NCBI GenBank assembly: GCA_965248445.1
Contig: CBDFJG010000004.1
Location: 1,376,001-1,440,000 of the forward strand
Origin: Planctomycetota bacterium
Lineage (GTDB): Bacteria; Planctomycetota; JAJSAM01; JAJVHW01
Reading direction: 5' to 3'
DNA length: 64,000 nucleotides
Shown: in pieces, positions 49,436-59,004 of the stretch
Layout: each line of letters opens with the position of its first letter
How positions within the stretch are numbered: position 1 is the first letter of the stretch
The notes under the pieces: generated by a model
Told to the model about the DNA's origin: nothing
Databases searched by the model: none
What the model saw: the letters and a program-made list of their open reading frames with translations, nothing else
Position numbers and translations under genes: made by a program

Positions 49436-51033
49436 GCGGCGTGCTGCGTGGATTTTGGGCGGCGCCGGTTGCCTTCGCGGTGCTGCTCTACCTGGCGTTC
49501 CCGAACGATGTGATGCCGCGGGACGTCGGCTTCCTCGCTGTGCCGGCGTGGGCCGTGCTGTTCCTCTCGCTGCGGCTCCGCAAGGGAGAGCGCGCGTTTC
49601 TCCAGGCGTGGATTGCGGGATTCCTCTTCTTCGTACCGGCCCTGTACTGGATCGCCCCGCTGGTCGGTCTCGGGTGGGTGTTCACGGCGGCGTGGTGCGC
49701 CTGTTTCGAGGCGCTGTACGCCTGGCTGTTGGCGCGCTTCTGGTTGCGCGACGGCCGACGCAACTGGGTCCTGCCCGGCGCCGCACTCCACCTGCTGATC
49801 GACATGCTGCGCACGCACTTCATGACGGGGTTCCCCTGGCTCCTGACGGGATACACGGGATGGGACAACCCGGTCCTGATCGGCTCGGCCGACCTGATCG
49901 GCGTGCATGGCGCCACACTCGCGATCGTGCTGCTGGCCGCCGGCGTCGCGGAGTCGCTCGCGCGCAGGATCGAGGGCGAGGACCGCGCGCTGATCGCGCT
50001 CGTGCCGGGCGTAGCGTTCGTCTTGCTCCTCGGAGTCTGGTCCGCCGTGCGCAGCATCTGGGTCGTCGCGCCCGGCGGTGGCCCGGTCGTCGCGCTGCTA
50101 CAGGGCAACATCCCGCAGTACTTGAAGGAGGACCGCGACGCATCCGGCGAGGAGGCGACGCCCATCGAGATCTGGTGGCAGACGCACATCGATCTGATCG
50201 ACGAGGCGTTCGGAGACGGAGGCCGGCGGATTGACGCGATTGTCTGGCCCGAGACCATGGTGCCGATCCACGCGGACCGTGACTTCTCCGAACAGCGCAC
50301 GCGGGAACTGTTCGAGCGGCTTGCGCGGATGTCACGCGGCGCGCAGACGATGGCCGGCATCCAGACGGTCGAGCGCGACGCCGGCGGGAGGCGTGTCCGC
50401 GCCTGGAACAGCATCGTGATCGTGGACGGCGCCGGCATCCCGGTCTCCGTGCAGGACAAACAGCACCGCACGCCGGGCGGCGAGTACATCCCGCTGATGG
50501 ACATGCTCCCGTTTCGGGAGTGGCTGAGTCAGGTGCTCATGGAGAAGGCGGGGTTCGTGCCCGACCTGGCCGCAGGGCAGGGCAACGTGCTTCTGCCGGT
50601 CCAGCACGAAGGCGGCAGGTCGCACGCCGGCGCCCTCATCTGCTACGAGTCGGTCTTCCCGTCGATCTCCCGCGGAATGGCTCTCGACGGCGCCGACTTC
50701 CTGGTGAATGCGAGCAACTACGGCTGGTTCGTCGGCACCGCGCTGATGGACCAGTGCGTCGCGATGTGCTGCTTCCGCTCGGCCGAGACCGGCCGGCCCA
50801 TGGTGATCACGAGCAACAACGGTGTCTCCGGCGTGATCGACGCCCGCGGGCGTCTCGGCGATGTGTTCGAGGACCCCGCTGGAGCCCGGACTGACGTGAG
50901 GGGGGTCCTCGTGACGGAAGTGCCCTCCGCTACCCGCTGGACGCCCTTCCTGCTGTGGGGCGAATGGGCGGCCTGGCTGCTGGGCCTCGCCGGTCTGGTT
51001 GCCGGGTGGCTGGCACGGCGTAGGTCCCCATAA
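49432..51033 (+). CDS. lnt: Apolipoprotein N-acyltransferase
   Basis: TGFPW, QGNI, WPET, K.H..PGGEYIP, ICYES, SNYGWF. Confidence 0.93.
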   Translation: MSGVLRGFWAAPVAFAVLLYLAFPNDVMPRDVGFLAVPAWAVLFLSLRLRKGERAFLQAWIAGFLFFVPALYWIAPLVGLGWVFTAAWCACFEALYAWLLARFWLRDGRRNWVLPGAALHLLIDMLRTHFMTGFPWLLTGYTGWDNPVLIGSADLIGVHGATLAIVLLAAGVAESLARRIEGEDRALIALVPGVAFVLLLGVWSAVRSIWVVAPGGGPVVALLQGNIPQYLKEDRDASGEEATPIEIWWQTHIDLIDEAFGDGGRRIDAIVWPETMVPIHADRDFSEQRTRELFERLARMSRGAQTMAGIQTVERDAGGRRVRAWNSIVIVDGAGIPVSVQDKQHRTPGGEYIPLMDMLPFREWLSQVLMEKAGFVPDLAAGQGNVLLPVQHEGGRSHAGALICYESVFPSISRGMALDGADFLVNASNYGWFVGTALMDQCVAMCCFRSAETGRPMVITSNNGVSGVIDARGRLGDVFEDPAGARTDVRGVLVTEVPSATRWTPFLLWGEWAAWLLGLAGLVAGWLARRRSP

Positions 51034-51060
51034 GTCGGTTCTTCTCGGGCGCTTCCGGTT

Positions 51061-51136
51061 CTGTCACGGCTTTGTCACGAAAATGGTCAGGGACGCCATT
51101 ATCCTCTTGACGGTGCCTTTGGCCCCTGCCTAGCAT
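51061..51136 (+). promoter_or_regulatory. PhoB/OmpR-like direct repeat plus sigma70-like promoter
   Basis: CTGTCAC-N4-TTGTCAC (51061-51078); TTGACG-N18-TAGCAT (51107-51136). Confidence 0.4.
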
Positions 51137-51262
51137 CCCCGCGCGGTCAGGTACCGCTGGGCTAATGAAGAAGTTGGGCGCGCCACGGGCTGGCGTGATT
51201 CCCCGGACTCTCCGGGCTGGAATCACCCCTGTATCGGGCGTGCCGTGGGAGGCGGAAATCAG

Positions 51263-52111
51263 ATGAGTCTCTTCGCGAAGATCATGGTCATCGTGAACCT
51301 GATCCTTGCCGTCGCGTTCCTCGCGGCCGCGGGCACGTTCCTGAACGCCACCCAGAGTTGGAAAGACAAGCACGTCAAGGACACCGCCCGTCTGGCGGAC
51401 GAAGTGTCCAACGTGAGCGCACAGCGCGACGCGCAGCAGGCCGAGAAGGACAACGCTCTCGGCGCGAAGCGCTCCGCTGAGACGCGCGCCGCTGCGAGCG
51501 ACGCCAAGGCGACGACCGCCGGTGAGAGCATGATCGAGCTGCACCAGCTCAACGAGAGTCTGCGTCAGAACCTCGAGTCGCTGACGACGAACCAGGGCGA
51601 CCTGCAGTCGCGCCTCGGCGAGTTGAACACGCAGATCGACGCGTTGCGGTCCGAGCTCGAGACAGCCAGCGCCGAGAAGGGTGCTGCGCTCGATCAGGTC
51701 AAGACGCTCCAGGAGAACGTGGCGCGCCTCGACCAGGGCGTGACGGATGCCGAGGCGATCGCCGCCGCCGGTGAGGCCGCCAACGAGTCGCTGCGCGACC
51801 AGCTCGACCGGATCACGACCGAGAACACGGCGCTCAAGGCGTCCGGCGCCTCGATGAGCGGCGCCATCGCGATGAAGAAGGTCGATGCGAAGGTGCAGGC
51901 TGCGGACAACGGCGTGGACATCTACATCCTGTCCGTCGGCTCGTCCGACGGCGTGACCGAGGGCTACGAGTTCCACGTGTATCGCGGCAACACCTACGTC
52001 GCGACCGTGGTCGTGGACAAGGTGTTCCCGAACCACTGCTCGACCCACGTCAAGGACGGCCTCAAGAAGTCGCCGATCCGCCCCGGAGACAACGCCTCCA
52101 CGTATCTCTGA
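51263..52111 (+). CDS. Membrane-anchored coiled-coil protein with C-terminal beta domain
   Basis: N-terminal TM, long heptad region, SVGSSDGVTEGYEFHVYRG. Confidence 0.8.
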   Translation: MSLFAKIMVIVNLILAVAFLAAAGTFLNATQSWKDKHVKDTARLADEVSNVSAQRDAQQAEKDNALGAKRSAETRAAASDAKATTAGESMIELHQLNESLRQNLESLTTNQGDLQSRLGELNTQIDALRSELETASAEKGAALDQVKTLQENVARLDQGVTDAEAIAAAGEAANESLRDQLDRITTENTALKASGASMSGAIAMKKVDAKVQAADNGVDIYILSVGSSDGVTEGYEFHVYRGNTYVATVVVDKVFPNHCSTHVKDGLKKSPIRPGDNASTYL

Positions 52112-52168
52112 TCCGGGATGGATCTGGTACGAGACTGAACGCCTGGAGCGACACGGAGAGTCAACCCA

Positions 52169-52327
52169 ATGTCAGACGACGACTTCTATGACGACGAGCC
52201 CGCCGGTGACGACAGCGTAGGGATCGCGAACGGCATGGTCATCGTGACCGGCCTGATCCTCATCGCGGCGATCTACCTCATGTGGAAGATCTCCGCCGCG
52301 CAGTACGACGTGGGAATGCTGGCCTAG
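52169..52327 (+). CDS. 52-aa single-TM protein (absent from ORF track)
   Basis: MSDDDFYDDEPAGDDSVGIANGMVIVTGLILIAAIYLMWKISAAQYDVGMLA; GGAGAG RBS; GC-rich third positions. Confidence 0.75.
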   Translation: MSDDDFYDDEPAGDDSVGIANGMVIVTGLILIAAIYLMWKISAAQYDVGMLA

Positions 52328-52355
52328 ACGGTACGGCCACCAAACGGACCTCGAG

Positions 52356-52391
52356 AGGGTCCGACGCGAGCTTTCGCGTCGGACCCTTTTT
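52356..52391 (+). terminator. Rho-independent terminator
   Basis: 14-bp stem AGGGTCCGACGCGA/TCGCGTCGGACCCT, GCTT loop, T-run. Confidence 0.85.
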
Positions 52392-52718
52392 CTATGATCC
52401 CCTCGCCGGAGTCTGTCCCGCAGACGTGACGCTTCGTGCGTGGCGCGCGTGCGCACGCCACGCACGTGTCTCGACCGTCGCGAACAGCCTCGAATTCGGC
52501 CGGTACCAGGGGCGACGAACATCCGTATTCAGACTCGGGAGCTAGTCCAACTCGGCAGTGTCGGCGTGTGGCGTGCGGTCATGAGGGCGGTTGTGTTGAG
52601 AGAGGCCGGGGTGAGAGGGCGCCGCGTAACAGAGCATGGGGCGAGCGCGATCGCGCCATCCGCGTCGGCGGATGGCCCAGACACGCGGGGCCCAGACGCG
52701 CGGGGCGTGGTCTAGACC

Positions 52719-53777
52719 GTGGCGATCCTCGACTTCTGGGACCGCTTCCTGGGCGCGTTCTCCGTCGACATGGGCATCGACCTCGGGACGGCGAACACGC
52801 TGGTCAGTCTTCGCGGCGAGGGCATCGTGCTCAACGAGCCGTCGGTCGTCGCGGTCAAGAAGGGCACGAACGAGATCGCCGGCGACGGGCAGGCCGTCGG
52901 CTGGGCCGCCAAGGAGATGCTCGGGAAGACCCCCGGGCACATCGACGCCATCCGCCCGCTGAAGGACGGCATGATCGCCGACTTCGAGGTCACCGAGGCG
53001 ATGCTGCGGTACTTCATCAAGAAGGTGCACAACCAGCGGGCCTTCGTCCGGCCGCGAATGGTCATCGCGATCCCCGGCGGTGGGACGCGGATGGACAGGC
53101 GCGCGGTCATCGAGTGTGCGGAGCGCGCCGGCGCTCGGAAGGTCTTCCTCGTCTCGGAGCCCCTGGCCGCAGCGATCGGCGTCGGACTTCCGATCACGGA
53201 GCCCACCGGCTGCATGATCTGCGACATCGGCGGTGGCACGACCGAGGTCGCCGTCATCTCCCTGGCGGGGGTCGTCGGCTCCGCCTCGGTGCGCGTCGCC
53301 GGCGACGAGTGCGACGAGGCGATCATGAAGTTCATGCGCCGACGCTACGACCTGCTGATCGGCGAGCAGAGTGCCGAGCGCATCAAGATCGCGATCGGGA
53401 GCGCGTATCCCCTCCGAAAGGAGATGAGCATGGAGGTCAAGGGCCGCGACCTCCAGAGCGGTCTGCCCCGCAAGACGGTCGTGGAGTCCGAGGAGATCCG
53501 CGAGGCGCTCGCCGAACCGGTCTCGTACATCGTCGGGGCCATCAAGACGACCCTTGAGTCGACTCCTCCAGAGATCTCCGCCGATCTCGTGGACCTCGGC
53601 ATCGTGCTGGCCGGGGGCGGCGCGCTGACCCGCGGCATCGACCGCGTCATCTCGGAGCAGACCGGCCTGCCGGTTCGCGTCGCGAAAGACCCGCTCACTG
53701 CGGTGGCGCGCGGCACGCAGGTGTTCCTCGACGACCTCGACAGATTCCGGTCGCTGATGTCGGCCGCCGGGGAGTGA
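52719..53777 (+). CDS. mreB: Rod shape-determining protein MreB
   Basis: DMGIDLGTANT, RPLKDG.IADF, DIGGGTTE, AE.IKI.IG, GGGAL. Confidence 0.96.
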   Translation: MAILDFWDRFLGAFSVDMGIDLGTANTLVSLRGEGIVLNEPSVVAVKKGTNEIAGDGQAVGWAAKEMLGKTPGHIDAIRPLKDGMIADFEVTEAMLRYFIKKVHNQRAFVRPRMVIAIPGGGTRMDRRAVIECAERAGARKVFLVSEPLAAAIGVGLPITEPTGCMICDIGGGTTEVAVISLAGVVGSASVRVAGDECDEAIMKFMRRRYDLLIGEQSAERIKIAIGSAYPLRKEMSMEVKGRDLQSGLPRKTVVESEEIREALAEPVSYIVGAIKTTLESTPPEISADLVDLGIVLAGGGALTRGIDRVISEQTGLPVRVAKDPLTAVARGTQVFLDDLDRFRSLMSAAGE

Positions 53778-53955
53778 TCGTGCCGTCCGGCGTCGTCGGG
53801 TCCCCGCGGCGGTCCGGCGGAACGGCACCGACGCGAACAGCACCGCCGAGAACTGGGGCCGCAACGAAATGCGTCGCCCAAGGCGGCGCGGGCGATGAGA
53901 ATCCACGTTCCCCCAAGGACGTGCGCGCTTCCTGCCAGATTGACGATCCAGGCAG

Positions 53956-54852
53956 ATGAGAGCAGACCCGTCCCGCCGAGCCGTTCTCCTCCTCCTCTGC
54001 TGTCTCGTCGTCGCACTCGTCTTTCCGCGTGCGTGCGGTGAGACGCGTGTCGGGCTCGGGAGCCTCCTTCCCGCGACCGCCGAGTTGACGGCGGGCACCG
54101 AGGCGGATCCCGACACCGATTGGACCGAGGCGCTGGTGCGGCACACCGACCACGTGCGGCGCCTCCGCGAGCGGCTCGCCGCCCGACCGGAGGTGCTTCC
54201 GGCGAGTCTCTCGAACGTCCAGTTCGTCGAGCCCGCGCAGGACGTCGTGCGCGCCGTGCCCGCGCGCCTGCTGCATCGCGACGCGGGCAGCATCCGGCGT
54301 TCGTACGTCATCGATGCGGGCAGCGACCAGGGCGTGTACCGAGGACTGGCCGCCGCGCACGGAGAGTCTCTCGTCGGCGTCATCCACGTCGCCGGCCGCG
54401 GCGCCTCGCGTGTCTTGCGGGTCGACGATCCGGCGAAGACGAACGTGTACCCCGCGGAGATCATCCCACGCGCGCTCTTCGACGCGTTGCGCGGCCGCGC
54501 TGATGCCGGGCCGGAGACTGGGCTCGACTCTGGGCCGGACAGTGGTCCGGAGAACGGGCCGGACACGCGTCCGACGGGAGTCTGTCGTGGCGCAGGCGAC
54601 GGCACCCTGATCGTCGGGCACCTGGCGGCATCGGATGCGCAGCCGGGGGACATCGCCGTGACCGGACCCGGCCGACTCGGAGTGTCGTCCGGACTCGTGC
54701 TCGGTCGGGTCACGCGCGTGCACGACGACGACCGGGACGGTGTGTACGAGGCGACCGTTGAACCGTTGCGCAACCTCGACACGATCGCCGCCGTGCTCGT
54801 GTACGTGCGGCCGCCGCTCGACCCGGCCCTGCGTCCGGCAGGTGCGAAGTGA
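53956..54852 (+). CDS. mreC: Rod shape-determining protein MreC
   Basis: IDAGSDQGV, LVGVI, GDIAVTG..GLVLGRV; position in the mre operon; short GPxx tetrapeptide repeats. Confidence 0.8.
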   Translation: MRADPSRRAVLLLLCCLVVALVFPRACGETRVGLGSLLPATAELTAGTEADPDTDWTEALVRHTDHVRRLRERLAARPEVLPASLSNVQFVEPAQDVVRAVPARLLHRDAGSIRRSYVIDAGSDQGVYRGLAAAHGESLVGVIHVAGRGASRVLRVDDPAKTNVYPAEIIPRALFDALRGRADAGPETGLDSGPDSGPENGPDTRPTGVCRGAGDGTLIVGHLAASDAQPGDIAVTGPGRLGVSSGLVLGRVTRVHDDDRDGVYEATVEPLRNLDTIAAVLVYVRPPLDPALRPAGAK

Positions 54853-54862
54853 GGTCGCTCGG

Positions 54863-55360
54863 GTGAAGTGGAGGCGGGCACTGTTGGTTCTCGCGCTTGT
54901 CGCGTGGCTCCCGCTGATCGTCCCCACGGCGTGGCGGCTCTACGGCGCCTACCCGGATCTCGCTTTGCTCGCGGTCCTGTTCGTCGCGCTCCGGCGCGGG
55001 CGCGAGGACGCGGCGTTCACGGGCGTTGTGCTCGGTCTCCTGGGCAGCCCATTCACCGCGAGTGCGCTCGGGCTCGACGCGTTCTTGCTCGGCGGCATTG
55101 GCTTCGTGGTGGGGCACTTGCGCCGTGAACTGCATGGGGACCACTGGCATGTGCAGGCAGTGCTCATCGTCGTGTCTTCGCTCGCCGTACGGCTGATACC
55201 TCTGGCGACGGGCACGGCAGAGGGCGCCCTGCTGAACGCGGCCGTCCCGGCGTTGCTTGCAGCGGTCGGGACGCTGCTCGCCGCTCCGCCGGTGTTCGTG
55301 CTGCTCTCTGCGCTGCGGCTGCTGCGGGGCACGCCGGAGTCGGAGGTGGCGCATGTATGA
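54863..55360 (+). CDS. mreD: Rod shape-determining protein MreD
   Basis: Hydrophobic, PDLALL motif, between mreC and PBP2. Confidence 0.8.
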   Translation: MKWRRALLVLALVAWLPLIVPTAWRLYGAYPDLALLAVLFVALRRGREDAAFTGVVLGLLGSPFTASALGLDAFLLGGIGFVVGHLRRELHGDHWHVQAVLIVVSSLAVRLIPLATGTAEGALLNAAVPALLAAVGTLLAAPPVFVLLSALRLLRGTPESEVAHV

Positions 55361-57497
55361 GCTGCGCCTGCGCTGGCTGTGCGGCGTGTTCCTGCTCGTC
55401 CTCGGCGTGATCGGCGTGCGCGCGTTCGCTGTACAGGTGGCCGACGCCGGCGATCACGTCACGGCGTTCCGTGACCGTCAACTACGGTCGTTCTCGGTCC
55501 TGCCGCACCGCGGGGACATCCTGTTCGCCGACGGCACGAGGATGGCGTGGAACGTGCCGGGGTTCGCCCTCGAGGTTGCGTTCGAGGACTTCGACGACCG
55601 GTCGCTCCCGACCTCCGCCGTCCTCGACGACTCGTTCCGCAGGCGACTCGACCTCGACCGGCAGGAGGAGCGCGAGCGCCTCGAGCGGTGCGTCACTCCG
55701 GCTGAGCGAGAGCGCGTCGCACGCCAGCTCGTCGCTACTCGCGACGCGCGCGAGAAGCGGCGCGCCGAGATGGTGGCCGACACCGACGGGCTGGCGACGC
55801 GCGTCACGAAGGGCGGACTCGGTCTGCTCTGGGAGTGCGGCCGGTGCGGACGCCGCGTCAAGGACACGCAGGCGCCGAAGGCGAAGTGCCGGCAGTGCGG
55901 AACGCGCGGCGCGTTCGCGCTGTTGCCGCCGCTCGACCTGGACGAGCTGGCACGTGTCCTCGAGACAGACGTGGCGACGGTCAGAGCGAGTCTCGTGCGC
56001 GCGCTCCGCCGGCGGAGTGCCACGCCGACGCATCGCCTGCACGCGTTCATGCTGCGCATCCCGCCGGAGGCCGCCAAGACGATCGCGGCGTTTCCGCAGC
56101 GCTTTCCCGGTCTCGAAGTTCGTGCCCGGAGGGCGCGGGAGACCCACGACGCCGCGCGCTCGATCGCGGGGAGCACTCGCTTGCCCACGCGCGAGGACCT
56201 CGTCCGGCTGACGGGGAAGCGCCGCGCGGACAGCGGTCTTCACGTCTACTCCGCGACGGAGGTCTACCAATCGCTGATGGGCGCGACGTTCCTCGAGCGC
56301 CGCTGGGACGAGCAACTGCGCGGCGTGCCGGGCCGTGCGAGCCGCGTCCTCGAGGAGAGCGGGCGCTACAGCGCCGAGTTCACGAACGTGCAGGATGTCG
56401 TCGACGGCGCCGAACTCCGCACGTCGATCCGGCCGGCGTTGCAGGCGACGGCGTCGGAGATCCTCGAGCAGGCGCCGGACAACGGTCACGGCGCCGCGGT
56501 CGTGCTCGATGTTCGGACGGGCGGCATCCTTGCTCTTGCCTCGACACGGAACGACGGCTACGACCACGCGCGCTCGCACGTCGTCCCGGGATCGGTGTTC
56601 AAGCTCGTCACGGCGTTCGCGTTCCTGCGCGAGGGAGGTGACTCGGACGAGACGCGGTACTGCTCCGGCGACAGCCGCACGCCGCGCGGCCGTAGGACGC
56701 ACTGCGAGTGGGAGCACGGAGAGGTGGCCCTCCAAGAGGCGTTCCAGCGTTCCTGCAACCGCTACTTCTCGACCATGGCCGAGCGCGTGGGTGTGCAGCC
56801 GATGGCTGATGCGTGCCGGATCCTCGGCATGCAGCGCAACCACGACATCGGCATGGAGACGTGGGAGCAGGTCGCGAGCCTGCGCAGCACGGTGGGCGTC
56901 GCGGGACTCGCGTTCTGCGGCCCCAAGCAGCCGAAGGGACCCCGCGGCTGGGAAGCGGCGGACATGTTCTACATCGGGATCGGGCAGGGCAAGGCGTCGT
57001 GCTCGCCGCTGCAGATGGCCGTGGCGTACGCGCGTGCGGCGTCCGGAGGCCGGATGGTGCAGCCCTGGATTGCCCAGCCGATGACCACGAAACGGTCGTT
57101 CGACATCGACCCCGAGCTGGCGGCCGCGGCACCCATGTTGCGCGACGCGGCCCGGCTCGTGGTGACGATCGGTACGGGCAGGAAGGTCGGAGGCCTCGCG
57201 AGGGCTCGCGCCGCGGGCAAGTCGGGCACGGCCGAGGTCGACCTCATGGTCCCGGGCAAGGACGGCACACGGGTGCCCGCGCGGCGCAACAACACATGGT
57301 TCGTCGGTTACGCGCCCCACGATGACCCGCAGTACGTCGCGGTGGTCGTGTTCGAGAGCATGCCGAGTGGCGCACACGGCGCGAGCACGGTCGGCAAGCA
57401 CGTCGCAGCGCTCCTACTCGAGGCTGTTGGCGAGGCAGTGGAGTCATCGGGCGGGGCGGTGGACGAGGCGGCGGGCGAGGACGGCAATGACGACTGA
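55353..57497 (+). CDS. mrdA: Class B penicillin-binding protein (PBP2) with zinc-ribbon-like insertion
   Basis: TM, RGDILFADG, SVFK (SxxK), SCN, KSG, WFVGYAP. Confidence 0.88.
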   Translation: MYELRLRWLCGVFLLVLGVIGVRAFAVQVADAGDHVTAFRDRQLRSFSVLPHRGDILFADGTRMAWNVPGFALEVAFEDFDDRSLPTSAVLDDSFRRRLDLDRQEERERLERCVTPAERERVARQLVATRDAREKRRAEMVADTDGLATRVTKGGLGLLWECGRCGRRVKDTQAPKAKCRQCGTRGAFALLPPLDLDELARVLETDVATVRASLVRALRRRSATPTHRLHAFMLRIPPEAAKTIAAFPQRFPGLEVRARRARETHDAARSIAGSTRLPTREDLVRLTGKRRADSGLHVYSATEVYQSLMGATFLERRWDEQLRGVPGRASRVLEESGRYSAEFTNVQDVVDGAELRTSIRPALQATASEILEQAPDNGHGAAVVLDVRTGGILALASTRNDGYDHARSHVVPGSVFKLVTAFAFLREGGDSDETRYCSGDSRTPRGRRTHCEWEHGEVALQEAFQRSCNRYFSTMAERVGVQPMADACRILGMQRNHDIGMETWEQVASLRSTVGVAGLAFCGPKQPKGPRGWEAADMFYIGIGQGKASCSPLQMAVAYARAASGGRMVQPWIAQPMTTKRSFDIDPELAAAAPMLRDAARLVVTIGTGRKVGGLARARAAGKSGTAEVDLMVPGKDGTRVPARRNNTWFVGYAPHDDPQYVAVVVFESMPSGAHGASTVGKHVAALLLEAVGEAVESSGGAVDEAAGEDGNDD

Positions 57498-58701
57498 CTC
57501 GCTGCGCGCCGCCGTTCCCTCCCGCGCCCTCTACCTGCTGCGCGCATTCGATGGGCGCGTGCTGCTCCCCGCGATCGTACTGGTGTTCATCGGGCTCGTT
57601 TCGCTCGCGGCGGATCAGCCCGAGCGGCTGGAGACGCAGGCCGGCGGCGCGGTCGTCGGGCTGTGTGCGTTCGTCGCGGTCGTACTGCTGCCGTACCGGC
57701 GGCTGGTTCAGCTCGCGTACCCGTTCTATGCGTTCAGCTTGCTGCTTCTGCTCGCCCTGTTCGTGCCGGGTCTCGGGCGCACGGCCAACAATGCGACGCG
57801 GTGGCTCGAGATCGGCCCCATCGGTCTGCAACCGAGCGAACTCGCGAAGGTCGCCGTGGTCTTTGCGCTCGCGCGCTACATCCGCTTCCGGCAGGACCAC
57901 CGCACCTTCCGTGGCCTGCTGATCCCGTTTCTGCTCACACTGGTTCCGCTCGCGCTGATCGTGAAGCAACCGGACCTCGGCACCGCGCTGATGCTCGTGC
58001 CCGTGCTGTTCCTCATGCTGTGGGCAGCCGGTGCGCGACCGCGGCACCTGTTGACGGTCTGTGCGCTCGGCGTGCTGTCTCTTCCATTGCTGTATGCGGT
58101 TGCGCTCAAGCCGTATCAGCAGAAGCGCGTGCGCACGTTCGCGCAGCCCGTGACGCAGATGGTGGCGAGCGCCGTCTCGTCCGCCGTGCCGATCGCGACG
58201 CCGGTTCCGCTGGTGTTCGTGGACACGCGCAAGAGCAAGGACGGGATCGATGACTTTCACATCAGCATGTCGCTTGCCGCGGTCGCGGGCGGCGGGCTGT
58301 TCGGACAGGGCTTCCGCGACGGGGAGCTCAATCGCGGCGATTTCGTGCCGGAGTCCTGGACCGACTTCATCTTCTCCGTATGGGCGGAGGAGTGGGGGTT
58401 CGTCGGCGTGATGCTGCTGCTCCTCGCGGAGGCCGGCCTGCTGATCGGCCTGGCTGCCGTCGCCCGCGACGTGAAGGAGCCGTCGGCGCGGCTCCTCGCG
58501 GTCGGCGCACTCGTGCTGCTCGGCTTCCAGGCATGCGTGAACCTGGCGATGACGGTGGGGCTCGCGCCCATCACGGGCCTGCCGCTGCCGTTCCTCTCGT
58601 TCGGTCGGACCTCCATGGTCGCGAGCTGGTTCCTGCTCGGGCTGGCCCTCAACGCCCGCCGCAGCCGTCCGATCGTGTTCGGCAACGCTGATTTCGATTG
58701 A
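57487..58701 (+). CDS. rodA: SEDS family peptidoglycan polymerase RodA
   Basis: RW, LQPSE.AK, QPDLGT, PESWTDFIF, EEWGF, TGLPLPFLSFG. Confidence 0.92.
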   Translation: MTTDSLRAAVPSRALYLLRAFDGRVLLPAIVLVFIGLVSLAADQPERLETQAGGAVVGLCAFVAVVLLPYRRLVQLAYPFYAFSLLLLLALFVPGLGRTANNATRWLEIGPIGLQPSELAKVAVVFALARYIRFRQDHRTFRGLLIPFLLTLVPLALIVKQPDLGTALMLVPVLFLMLWAAGARPRHLLTVCALGVLSLPLLYAVALKPYQQKRVRTFAQPVTQMVASAVSSAVPIATPVPLVFVDTRKSKDGIDDFHISMSLAAVAGGGLFGQGFRDGELNRGDFVPESWTDFIFSVWAEEWGFVGVMLLLLAEAGLLIGLAAVARDVKEPSARLLAVGALVLLGFQACVNLAMTVGLAPITGLPLPFLSFGRTSMVASWFLLGLALNARRSRPIVFGNADFD

Positions 58702-59004
58702 GCGGAGGCCGCCCGTCGTACGTTCACGAGGGTGTGAGTAGCAGGGAACTCCTGGACCGTGGCCGCATCCAAGGGAGCAGAGAGCTGAAGACCGGCCGCA
58801 ACGTCGATCTCGAGGCTGTCGGGCAGGTGCTCGCGGGCGACCGCGAGGCCTTCGGCGACCTCGTGAACCGGTGGCAGGACCGGGTCTACGGGACGATCTT
58901 CCGCATGGTGCGGGACCCCGAACTGGCCCGTGATCTGTCGCAGGAGACGTTCCTGAAGGCCTTCGGCAACCTGGCGAAGTTCCGGGGACAGGCGTCCTTC
59001 GGGA
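58698..59004 (+). pseudogene. ECF sigma factor, 5' fragment truncated by IS66
   Basis: GDREAFGDLV..WQ..VY...A.DLSQETFLKAF..L..FRGQASF (region 2), followed directly by the IS IR. Confidence 0.85.

Noticed and set aside
53778..53955. GC hairpin between mreB and mreC as an ncRNA
   Set aside because: Single imperfect stem, consistent with chance or an mRNA-stability element.
54508..54567. 12-bp repeats in mreC as a CRISPR or mobile repeat
   Set aside because: Degenerate in-frame GPxx loop expansion with no spacers. No CRISPR array was seen anywhere in the window.
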